64,000 bases of DNA from Anthoceros angustus (GCA_010909165.1 MU008186.1:1-64000), one strand, 5' to 3'. Positions 13,706-24,426 are shown, counted from the first letter of the stretch. The notes: generated from the letters alone by a model not told the origin. Made by a program: numbers and translations.

Positions 13706-15070
13706 CTTGGTCTCTCTGGGCCTCAAGCCTTGGCACACTTTAGAGAGTCCCTGCTTGGCAAGGCTAGTGCCTCGCGTAGCCTGTCGCCTAGCATCGCCTA
13801 GCATCGCCTAGCATCGCTTAGCATCACCTAGCATCGCCTAGCATCGCCTAGCATCGCCTAGCATCACTAGCATCGCCTAGCATCGCCTAGCACGGCCTAG
13901 CATCGCCTGAGTCATAGCTTGTAACAAGAGGGATTAGCTCGCGTCGTGGCACAAACACACTCTCCCCACAAGAACAACACAAATTCCTCACACATCGCTC
14001 TCGGGTCATAGCTTTGGCCTCCTCAGCGTTGCATTGCATCTAGAGGACAAGCTATGATGATCAGCTTGTCCTCAATGGAAGGGTCTATATACATACTAAG
14101 ACCTGGTATCGGCATATTCCTAAGATATCCTATTATTGACGTATGCGGAAATATCCTAAGAATACACTATAATATGCAAGGAATATGCCAAAGCATATTA
14201 CTTGAACTTATCCACTCTATTGTATCCTAAGAATACACTATAATGCAAGGAATATGCCAAAGCATATTACTTGAGCTTATCCAGCTATTGCTAACATATT
14301 TAATTAACACTAATCAATGGTTAATTAACTTAAGCACCTTAGATTAATTAACACTAATCAATGGCTTAAACATAAGCACCTTAGATTAATTAACACTAAT
14401 CAATGCTTATTAACATAAGCATCTTAGATTAATTAACACTAATTACTTACTTAAAGATAAGTAATTAGATTAATTAATGCTAATTAAACACTAAACCCAA
14501 GTGCAGAGATTAGTATCACACGGCATGACAGCAACATGTATGTATGTGTGGGGTGGATGTCATGGTCCCATGAGCGATGAGTGCGGAATGAAGACAAGCG
14601 CAATTAAGGCTCAGCGACGAAGATCTCTCCGGGCGCGCGGGCGCGCACATGGCTCTTCGGAATCCGGGCTGGTGATTAAGATTGGCAACGGTGGAGGCTA
14701 CAAAGGGCAGGCAATCCGTCATTGACCGCGGATTGTTGATGTCTGGTTCAGGAGAACAGCCATACAGATCCCAAGCGCTCTCAAAACGTCTTGTGTGTGC
14801 GATTTTCAGCAGTGATGTGTGTAGGAGACGGTGACCGCTTAAAGACTGGATTTTTGCCATTTGCAGTTGTCATTGTGCGAGTGTCATTGTGCTTTACTTA
14901 GTCATGGTTGTGATTCACATGAGGTCCGTAAACAGATGATTCAATCGCTTGACAATTACCATGGTAGGGTAGTGTGGACCACGGACTCTCCCCTGGGGCA
15001 GGAAATGAGTTAGGTTTTGTTTTTTTCGTAGGCGTGGAGTAGAAAATAAGGCGGAAAGCAAGAAATAAGT

Positions 15071-15215
15071 CCGGAGTAGGTCGAGGGACTCCGGAGTAGG
15101 CCGAAGGACTCCGGAGTAGGCCGAAGGACTCCGGAGTAGGCCGAAGGACTCCGGAGTAGGCCGAAGACTCCGGAGTAGGCCGAAGGACTCCGGAGTAGGC
15201 CGAAGGACTCCGGAG
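15071..15215. repeat. 20 bp tandem repeat GGACTCCGGAGTAGGCCGAA
   Basis: About 7 units, each with the palindrome ACTCCGGAGT. Dispersed CTCCGGAG-like copies continue to ~15350. Confidence 0.92.
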
Positions 15216-15779
15216 CACACTCCGGAGGAGCTACGGACTACACTCTGGAGGGAGCCCGGACCGCACCCCGGAGTGCCCGGGGTAAGTCCGGACTACACTC
15301 CGGAGCCGGATGGATAAGTACGCCAGGTAAAGTAACTTAGGAGTCGGAGCGTATTTTAAACAGAGGGAGCCACGTGGACGGTACTGAGAGGTGGACGGGC
15401 ATGCAGCAGACCAGGACCGTAGGGTTGCCAGTGGGTTAGCGGTATTCACGCCCGGCGGCGGTAAGGCTAGAGTGGCGTGGCGAGTAAGCGGGCGTAAGGC
15501 GGGAGTAAGCCATGCAGCCTCCCGATTCAGGCGGCAAGAGCCGCCCTTCCAGCGGTTACTCTCGGAGTGGACCGGGCGGAGGTCATTCTTCCAAGCAACC
15601 TTGGCGGTTCTCGCCTTTGACTCGCGCTCAGACACCCGGCTCTCTGGCGTTGTCTTTTCGAGCGCTCAGGCACCCTCACGTGCGGCTCGACCTTGTGGTT
15701 GGGGCGACTGACACAGCGGCAGAAGAACATGAGATTGTTGAGTTTCAAGCCCCAACAGCGGAACAAGAGGAGCGCGGCG

Positions 15780-16830
15780 ATGGGACCCAAGAAAGCGGCG
15801 GAGGTGTGGGAGCCATGGCGCTTGGTGGAACGCATCATCGTCACCAAGCGCTACCCGGACTTCGGTCCTTGGCTGGAGGAGGTGGAGGAGTTGGTGGAGG
15901 CACCGGATATTTTCCGGTATGCCGGACCTTCGGCAGTCCCTAGTCCGGAGTACGCCCAAGATGCCGGTGGCCAACAAGGAGGTCCGCTCTAAGAACTCGC
16001 GGAGGACCCGGAGGTGGACTGTGGAGGTCCCGAGGCGGTTTACAACCGCCCGGAGGTAGGGAGTGGTTTGAGCCCCAGTGGTGCGAGGGAAGGTGGAGGC
16101 GCCGGCCCTCTGCGACGAGGCAGGATCCTCCAACGGGTGGTTGATGTCGGATCTCCTGGACAGGAGGGTACGATCAGTGGCGAAGATCATCGTCCACTAG
16201 AATATGCTCACCAAGGTGGACCACCTCGGGGATAATCTGCTGGTGTTCCTCCACGACTTACAGAGGGGGAAACGCGCTGACTGGGGCAAGATCATCTTTG
16301 CCCGAATCAACTAGGAGGCCCGGAAGCTGAGAAGTGAGAAGCCACCCCCGTCGGCGTTGTCGCCGTTCATCATCCATGTGTGGGGGCACATGAACCTCCT
16401 GAAGGAGGGGGAAGAGGAGCGGGCGCTACGGAAGGGGTTGGCCGCCCTACCAGAGGCAGAGCGGGAAGGAAGAAGGCAAGAGGCCGAGGTCTCAGGCCGG
16501 ACAGCAGTGCAGGAGGAGGAGGATCGGGACTCCATACGTCTGGAACGGACCCCCTCGCCACCCAGGGAAGTATGGGAAGACATTCCCGCTTCCCTCCTCT
16601 TGGTTCCCCCACCGGAACACCTTGCGCAGGAGGAGGTAGCCACAGAAGGAGCCGCGGTTGCGACGACGGAGCCCAGCGGCCACTGAACCTCACTGACTCG
16701 GCGAAGCGAAAAGCGGAAGATGGGCCACTACCGCCGCCCAGACTGACCTGTTCCCTTGCCCCTACCAACGGAGTGGTAGGAAGCGGAGGAGGCCGTGCGG
16801 AGGGCAGAGAGGGACGCTGCCCTCCGAAAG
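15780..16830 (+). pseudogene. Degenerate GC-rich ORF remnant of unknown function, probably transposon-associated
   Basis: Frameshifted coding-like pieces: MGPKKAAEVWEPWRLVERII..., RADWGKIIFARIN*EARKL...LSPFIIHVWGHMNLL..., then an acidic/Pro-rich tail. Confidence 0.4.
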
Positions 16831-17716
16831 AGGCCCAAGGCCAAAGGAGAGGCCCAAGTCCCAAGGCTTGAGGCCTAGAGAGGGGACCAAGTCCAAGGCC
16901 AAGGAGAGGAGGTGAAGAAGCCCGAGTCCAAGGCCAAGGAGAGGAGGCAAAGAAGCCCAAGTCCAAGGCCAAGGAGAGGAGGCGAAGAAGCCCAAGTCCA
17001 AGGCCAATGAGAGTAGGCAAAGAAGCCCAAGTCCAAGGCCAAGTAGAGGAGGCGAAGAAGCCCATACCAAGGAGGACAACAAAGGCATAAGAACTCTAGA
17101 GTTCAAGGGTGGGGTGGATCGGTAAGTCGGATGGGGTGGCTAACTGGAGTTTCAAGTGAAATCAAATGGTGACATACCCATGTCTATCCACCCCTTATCC
17201 CTTGGAACTGGGCCCTGAGTAAAACCAATCTTTTTTCTCCGGTTGGTTGGCCTTAAAGGCCTGCATATGGAGGCCTCATTCATGATCTAAGTTAGCGGTG
17301 TGTTAACCTTGATTAAGGGTTTGATCTAGCCACTAACCGCCTGGAGTGCATGCTGGACACACTCGATCCGGACGGAGCTACCAACCAGCAAGTCCATCGA
17401 GGGTCGAAGTCCCGACCAAGAGAAGTGCGAACACCTCGATTTTGGTACCCGAAGGACGGAGGAACCCGGCGACAATCAACAATCTTTGAAGGATCATGGT
17501 GGCAACACACAAGACACGTTAGTCTTTGCCGGACAACTCGGTAGCGGCGAGGAGGACTTGTCTCTTGGAGTCGTCAAGATGGGAGGAGACAAGGATCGAA
17601 TGGAGTTGTTCACGGAGACGGCGGGCACCTTGCCACCGGAGGACTTCATCGAGAAATGCGGTGTGCGGAGATGGAATTGAAGACCGGATACACGGCGATC
17701 GGCTTCATCCAAATCT

Positions 17717-18257
17717 TACTTGGGGATGAAGCATTGGCGTGCTATCGCGAGCACAAGGCGAGGTTGTTGAGCACATCGGAGGACCGATGGCTTCAAGCTC
17801 GAAGGAACCAATCGAGCAGGCGGTGGCGAGTGGGCACGATCCCATCGAAGAGATGTTTGACATCTTCCTGGAGTTTCCTGGCGGATGAGAAGATCTCGGT
17901 GACACTTCAAGATGAAGTCGGTGATGCGAAGATGGCTTATCGAAGAATCGACCGGTTGATGACACCAAGATCATGAGTATGGTGGTGCGGTACTTGGGGA
18001 TGAAGCATTGGCGTGCTATCGCGAGCACAAGGCGAGGTTGTTGGCCACATCGGAGGACCAGTGGCGATTCAAGCTCCGTGGAACCAATCGGCAGCGGGGT
18101 GGCACCAGTGGGCACGATCCCATCGAGATGTTTGACATCTTAGGTGGAGTTTCCTGCACGGATGAGAAGATCTCCGGTGACACTTCAAGATGAAGTCGCG
18201 AGGCTGAAGATGGCTTATCGAAGAATCGACCGGTTAGTGACACCAAGATCATGAGTG
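17717..18257 (+). repeat. Tandem ~275 bp duplication within gag
   Basis: TACTTGGGGATGAAGCATTGGCGTGC...CACCAAGATCATGAGT at 17717-17978 and 17991-18257. Confidence 0.88.
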
Positions 18258-20063
18258 ACCGGTAGAAGTACTTGCGAGCATTGCCATATGCATGCGGAAG
18301 GTGCAACAAGCGGTGCACGACGAAGGGCAACACTACACCCTCAAGGAAGTGTACGAGATGGTGACAAGATAGGGCCCTGACACTTTCTCTCGTGTTGCAA
18401 GTGATTACTCCGGCACAAGTAGGAGTGGTGGACGACATGGCCAAGCGGAGGTCGAGTGGAGGAGCTCGGCGAGACAAGCCAGCCCACACGGCCCAAGTGG
18501 CGAGCCCTGCGTGAGGTGCCGAGGGGCGGACCATTCCCCTCATGAGTGCGAGCATGCATTCGGAGGAGTCAAGGGTGAGGAGCCATGCCCTAGGTGTGGG
18601 AATGGGCACAATGAAGCGGCATGTTGGGAGAAGCATCCGAATTGCGGCCTACGGGTTATCGAGCGGCAACCCGGCCAATGCATCTGCGTCAACCTCATCC
18701 ACAAAATCGGCGAAGAGCAAAGGCGGTGGAGGAGGCACTGGAAGTCCGTGGACAAAAGAAAGCGGGAAGCATCAAAGAAGGCGATGGACGGCTCGTGGCA
18801 CGCCTTGCAAAGCTGGAAGTTGGTGCGGGCGAAGATCAAGGAGAGCGGTTCATCATCGAGGGCGAAGAAGATGAGCACAAGCTTGGATACATGGCGGTGA
18901 CCCGGATCCAAGGGCAGGGAAGAAACCTGGCGCTACGAGAGAAGATAGCTCGGAGGAAGAAGAGGATGTCTTGACACGCGGTCACGGAAGACGGAAGCTT
19001 GGGGATCCTCTTCCGAACCTATGCCAAGATGCCAAAGTCGTTTGAGCCATTGCCAGCAGAACAGCTGGAGCAACATCAAAGTCAGTGGGCGATGTGGAGA
19101 AACCCATGCAGATTGACGGAGACGATGGCACAAAAGCGGAGATGCCATGTTTGACCTACAAGACATGGGGTTGGCGTGAAGGAAGTCGGGGGTTTGACTC
19201 GGCGGATGTTGACAACCCTTGAAGGCAAGCAAGTGTCCAAGATTTGCCACAGGGTGGCAATGATGTCATTCTTGACCTCAGCCAAGCATCTCGTGGAAGC
19301 GGAATCTTTGGCAGTGGGAGTGGCTTTGGTCAACAATCGGAGAGGCACATTGAAATCAATGGATTCGCACCAAGGAGGTGTTGATTGACAGAGCACGGTG
19401 ATCGTTGGAAGAAGAGTGAAGGAAGCGTTGGGTCTCCACCAAGAAAGGTTGAAGGAAACCAAGTGGAAGATCCGACCGCAGGACCACGAGCATGTGTTGG
19501 GGTGACAAGGTACAAGCTGAAGGTTTCATTCAAACCAAGAACAGACTTCACCTTTGTCGAGGTACACCGCTTGGTCACGATGCAGACATTTGATGTCTTC
19601 TTTGGGAGCGGACGCTTTGTACAAACACAGGTCATGGTGGATTTGTGGGCGGAGGCAGTCTACTATCGACCGGTGGAAAATGGAGCAAAACCGATGAGCG
19701 GATTGCCCGCATCCCTCTGCGGTGCATGGCAAGGATCATGAGAACCTCATTGCCAGCGTCTACCCGATGTTTGGCGCCGTAGTGAAGGACACGCCATACG
19801 TGCTTGAACCTCTTGGCGTGTGTCTAACAACCCTGATGGAGGATTTCGGCGAGGAGGAGGAAAACAAGCTAGGGTTGCAACCACCCTCGGAGGAGGTTCT
19901 TCAAGTCACCGGACGGTGGTGGTAGCAATGAGCCGTGCAAAAGGCTGGAGGATGGTGCAAGAGGACCCGGTGCCCTATGAGCCGGAGAACTGCTAAGTTC
20001 TTGCCTAGGGTTGAGCTGTTTGTGACCTAAACACCCGGTCATCACATGGCGACCTCGGGAAGC

Positions 20064-20970
20064 ATAGTGCTCGTGGAACTCTTTGGAGGCATCGATCGGC
20101 TTGGGCGGTGCTAAAGTGTGGCATCAAAGTGCGAAGATCGTGCATTGTGACCCGGATCCAAAAGCAAGGATTGTGTCACGAGCGTAAGAGACTTGATGGG
20201 GAGTACCTAACCTCACGTGGGAGTCGGTGAAGGGTTACCGGGGCTGCCGATGGATGTTCGCATGATAGGGTTGTCCCATTTGAGTTGTCTTGGGCAGCGG
20301 TGGACCTTGTCATCGCAGTTGGGAGTGTCAAGGACTATCCTCTGCAGGCAAGGGTCAAGGTCGAAGGATCCACGACGGCATTGTTCTATGACCGATGAGG
20401 ATCTTGCGCTTGATCCGAGAAAGGGCAAGAAAGGCCTTGTGGATACATGTTGGAGAATGTGCCGGCATGCATGAGCGTGAAGAAGCAAGTTCGGAGGACT
20501 TTGCCACGATCCGAGTGTTGGGTCAGGAGCTTCTATTGGATGCAGCTCAATTTGGTTCGAGGGCTCATAGGTTGAGGTCCATGTGGACTAACCTTGCTCC
20601 CTTGGAACATTTGAAGTGTGCGAGGTCGTTCACCAAGCGACCTAATCATGTTGTCAAGGATGTGCTAGCATCGGGAAGGCATGCCCAACAAGTCATCAAG
20701 ATTGACAAGCTGCCGCACTTCCCACACGAACACTGGACACCCCATGGCGGCTTGGTCAACCTTTGTGGTCAAGTCCAAGTCTTACGCCTTGGGAACCATG
20801 GCCCGGCGTTGTGGTGGGCAGACATGGCGAGGCCTTGGGAGAAAGCCACAGAGAGGAGTTGGCCATGGGATTTGATGCCGAGCCACGAAGACAGGGAGTG
20901 AGAAGGAACGGTGTCGATTGCTTGGGCAAGCATTTGACGTGAACATGATGACTGGTTGTTTAGCGGAGTC
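20064..20970 (+). pseudogene. DNMT3-like C5-cytosine methyltransferase domain, copy B (motifs I-X, frameshifted)
   Basis: IVLVELFGGID, VDLVIA-[frameshift]-WECQGLSSAGKGQG, GYMLENVP, LDAAQFGSRAHRLRSMWTNL, ELAMGF, ERCRLLGQAFDVNMM, in the colinear non-permuted order of DNMT3. Confidence 0.9.
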
Positions 20971-21614
20971 GCTTACCAACTTCAAACCAAGAAGGCGGGG
21001 TTGAAGCGGTTCGGTGGGTGAAGGACATTCCGGCACTCGCATCTCAACAGGAGAAGGCGAGTTTGGAGGGCAAGGAGGAGCACGTAGAGGCGTGCAAGCC
21101 ATCGAGCCACAACCACATGAGTGGTTAACAGGCGAGTTGAAGAGCAATCAGCGTCGGCTAAAGGAGTTGTTGGAGGCATCGCGACATGTGTTTGCTTTCA
21201 CGCTTGCGGAGATGGGGAAGTACACCAAAGGGAAGTTCCACATAGAACTAATCAAGAATGAACCGATGAACGGATTGCCCGCATCCCTCTGCACTGCATG
21301 GCAAGGATCATGAGAACCTCATTGCCAACAGGCTACCCGGTGTTTGCGTGAGTGAAGGCCATACGTGCTTGAACCTCTTGGCGTGTGTCTAACCGAATCG
21401 ACTGATGGAGGATTTCGAGGAGGAGGAAGACAAGCTAGGGTTGCAACCACCCTCGGAGGAGGTTCTTCAAGGACGGATGGTGGATCGAGCAATGAGCCGT
21501 GCAAAAGCTGGAGGATGGTGCAAGAGGACCAAGTCCTATGAGCCGAGAGAACTAAGTTCTTGCCTAGGGTTGAGCCTGTGACCTAAACACATCACATGGC
21601 GACCTCGGAAGAGC

Positions 21615-22500
21615 ATAGTGCTCGTGGAACTCTTTGGAGGCATCGACGGCCGGCTAAAGTGTGGCATCAAAGTGCGAAGATACGTGCATTGTGACCCGGA
21701 TCCAAAAGCAAGGATTGTGTCAGCGCGTAAGAGACTTGATGGGGAGTACCTAACCTCGACGTGGGAGTCGGTGAAGGGTTACGCCGATGGATGTTCGCAT
21801 GATAGGGTTGTCCCATTTGAGTTGTCTTGGGCAACCGGTGGACCTTGTCATCGCAGTTGGGAGTGTCAAGGACTATCCTCTGCAGGCAAGGGTCAAGGTC
21901 GAAGGATCCACAACAGATTGTTCTATGACCGATGAGGATCTTGCGCTTGATCCGTAAAGGGCAAGAAAGGCCTTGTGGATACATGTTGGAGAATGTGCAG
22001 ATGCATGAGCGTGAAGAAGCAAGTTCAGGAGGACTTTGCCACGATCCGAGGAGTGTTGGGTCGAGCTTCTATTGGATGCAGCTCAATTTGGTTCGAGGGC
22101 TCATAGGTTGAGGTCCATGTGGACTAACCTTGCTCCTTGGAACATTTGAAGTGTGCGAGGTCGCTCACCAAGCGACCTAATCATGTTGTCAAGGATGTGC
22201 TAGCATCGGAAGGCATGCCCAACAAGTCATCAAGACGACAAGCCGACTTCGTGAACACGCCTGACACCCCATGGCGGCTTGGCCAACCTTTGTGTCCAAG
22301 TCCAAGTCTTACGCCTTCAGAACCATGGCCCGGCGTTGTGGTGGATGACATGGCGAGGTTTTGGGAGAGCCAACAGAGAGGAGTTGGCCATGGGATTTGA
22401 TGCCGAGCCACAAGACACCGGAGTGACCGAGAAGGAACGGTGTCGATTGCTTGGGCAAGCATTTGACGTGAACATGATGACTGGTTGTTTAGCTACCGGA
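21615..22500 (+). pseudogene. DNMT3-like C5-cytosine methyltransferase domain, copy C
   Basis: Same motifs as copy B. ORF track shows LVELFGGID..KCGIKVRRYVHCD, WECQGLSSAGKGQG..RLFYD and REELAMGFDAEPQDTGVTEKERCRLLGQAFDVNMM. Confidence 0.9.
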
Positions 22501-23120
22501 GTCGCTTACCAACTTCAAACCAAGAAGGCGGGGTTGAAGCGGTTCGGTGGGTGAAGGACATTCCGGCACTCGCATCTCAACAGGAGAAGGCGAGTTTGGA
22601 GGGCAAGGAGAGGAGAGCAGAGGAAGGCAAGCCATCCGAGCCACAACCACATGAGTGGTTAACAGGCCGAGTTGAAGAGCAATCACAGCCGCCTAAAGGA
22701 GTTGTTGGAGGCATCGCGACATGTGTTTGCTTTCACGCTATGAGATGGGGAAGTACACCAAAGGGAAGTTCCACATAGAACTAATCAAGAATGAACCAAG
22801 GTTCGGAGGCAGCTCAAGAAGGCAAGAAGAAAATGGCGAGCAACGGTGGGGAGAGTAGTCCACATGGCCCATAAGGATCTTGAAGACAAGCCTCCACTCA
22901 TGGACAAGGTTCATAACCTCCGGACGACATTCCGAAGGAGATTGGTTTTGTGCACAATGCGCTACATGAGGTGCGTACGTGTGTAGTCCTACTAATGATA
23001 ATGTTTTGACTTAGAGTCTCACATTATCGGGGGATTGGTTGCACCTATATATCTGCGTATTAGATTTGTTTGCTTGGTTGTTGGTCGAGGAAGTGCTTAT
23101 GAATTCAAGTGCTTACCTCG

Positions 23121-23725
23121 TGCGGCCATGTGATGTGATACTAATCTGCACTTGGGTTTAGTGTTTGATTAGCATTAATTAATCTAATTACTTATCTTTA
23201 AGTAAGTAATTAGTGTTAATTAATCTAAGTGCTTATGTTAATTAAGCATTGATTAGTGTTAATTAAACATGGTTAGCAATAGCTAAGTGGATAAGCTCAA
23301 GTAATATGCTTTGTGTTGCATATTATAGTGTATTCTTAGATACAATAGCTAAGTGGATAAGCTCAAGTAATATGCTTTGGCATATTCCTTGCATATTATA
23401 GTGTATTCTTAGGATATTTTTGGCATATCGATGCCAATAGGATATCTTAGGAATATGCCGATGCCAGGTCTAGTATATATAGACCCTTCCATTGAGGACA
23501 AGCTCGGATCATAGCTTGTCCTCTAGATATGCAATCAAGGGTGTTGTGAGGAGGCCAAAGCTATGACTCAGGAGGGCGTGTGAGGAATTTGCGTGTTGTT
23601 CTCGTGGGGAGGTGTGTTTGTGCCACGACGCTACTCCCTCCTTGTTATTGCACCTATATATCTGCGTATTAGATTTGTTTGCTTGCTTGTTTGTCGGCGG
23701 CGAATTCAAGTGCTTATAGGCGACA
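23121..23725 (+). repeat. 3' LTR of the gypsy-like element
   Basis: Reverse complement of 12520-13150 and 13910-14530. AT-rich repetitive U3, TATA (23474-23482), hairpin (23494-23523). The start TGTCATGCC (seen in the minus copies) and end GGCGACA are inverted termini. A partial duplicate of the LTR end lies at 23039-23117. Confidence 0.8.
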
Positions 23726-23744
23726 AAGCCGGACCCCAGAATGA

Positions 23745-23870
23745 CCCGAGGTCCGGACCCCGAGGTCCGGACCCCGAGGTCCGGACCCCAGTCGAGACCG
23801 GACCCAGGTCCGGACTCAGAATACGGACCCCGAGGTCCGGGCCAGACCAGGATCGGACCCCGAGGTCCAC
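23745..23870. repeat. 14 bp repeat GGACCCCGAGGTCC array
   Basis: Period of 14 bp at 23755, 23769 and 23783, with degenerate copies to ~24000. Confidence 0.85.
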
Positions 23871-24426
23871 TCGAGGCAAGGAGTCATCACCGACCTGAGA
23901 GGAGCAACCTTCCGGGGACCCTCGAGGCCCCGGACCAGGTCCGGACTCGGGAGGCCAGGGGAGCTCACCGACCGCCAAGAGGAGCAACCTTCCGGGGACC
24001 CGCAGTAGGGCCTACCAAATGAGGCAAGAGAGGAAGGTGAGGAGGATTTGGTGGTGACCGCCGTTGTTAGGGCCACGGTGGCCCAACCTCGGCAGGAGTC
24101 TCGAAGGGAAAGGCCCACTCGCTGGATCATTCGTTCTGGGGCGCCATGGAGCGGGATTGGGCCACCAGAGTTGAGGCGGAACCAAGGGCACTCCCAGCCC
24201 CATCGCCGACGACGTAGATAGGCGGGTTAGGAAGGAAATTGATATCATTATTCATTCCTAACCATTACCTAGAAGGAGTCTCTTAATTCATGATCTATAA
24301 CCACGTTTGCAAGAACTTGATACATTTCCCTCTATATTGAGTGGTGGCGTTCTTCAACCAAGGTATATCTATCGCCCTATAGAGGGCATTGGTGACGCAA
24401 TTTTCAGGACGGCTTCGGATGCAGGG

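Larger units (their letters stand above)
6819..14530 (-). mobile_element. Ty3/gypsy-like LTR retrotransposon carrying a cytosine methyltransferase, copy 1 (3'-truncated, interrupted)
   Basis: Reverse complement of the 16830-23725 element: LTR pieces (12520-13150, 13910-14530), gag (~10400-11830), protease IEINGFAPRRVMID(R)TGSD (~10240-10300) with its C-terminal half at ~7900-8070, methyltransferase 6819-7500. Confidence 0.85.
11819..14598. repeat. Tandem duplication of a ~1.39 kb unit (leader, LTR part and flank)
   Basis: Units 11819-13210 and 13211-14598, with AAGACAAG microhomology at 11819, 13211 and 14591. Confidence 0.9.
19689..22797 (+). repeat. Tandem ~1.55 kb duplication spanning the methyltransferase module
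   Basis: Units ~19689-21259 and ~21260-22797 with junction microhomology AACC(GATGA). Confidence 0.9.
16830..23725 (+). mobile_element. Ty3/gypsy-like LTR retrotransposon carrying a cytosine methyltransferase, copy 2 (5' LTR missing, RT-RH-INT deleted)
   Basis: Leader minisatellite, gag (ELFT..AGTLP.EDFIEK ~17600), knuckle CPRCGNGHNEAACW (~18585-18630), protease (~19350-19680, ending TFDVFFG...VMVDLWAEAVYYRP), two tandem methyltransferase modules, gypsy-type pre-RT linker LKELLEASRHVFAFTLAEMGKYTKGKFHIEL..EP, G-tract at ~23029 and LTR ending ...GGCGACA at 23725. Confidence 0.87.

Noticed and set aside
12064-13811. Many overlapping ORFs such as KKPKSKAKERRRRSPSP and LALDLGFFASS
   Set aside because: They are artefacts of a stop-poor 35 bp minisatellite cycling through reading frames.
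15071-15215. CRISPR-like appearance of palindromic repeats (also 23745-23870 and 24427-24521)
   Set aside because: The units are directly adjacent with no unique spacers, there are no cas genes, and the context is eukaryotic.
20064-22500. Interpretation as a host DNMT3/DRM gene or a bacterial restriction-modification contaminant
   Set aside because: There are no introns, no PWWP/ADD/UBA domains and no permuted DRM order. The domain is embedded between retroviral protease and pre-RT linker inside an LTR element, contiguous with plant genes.
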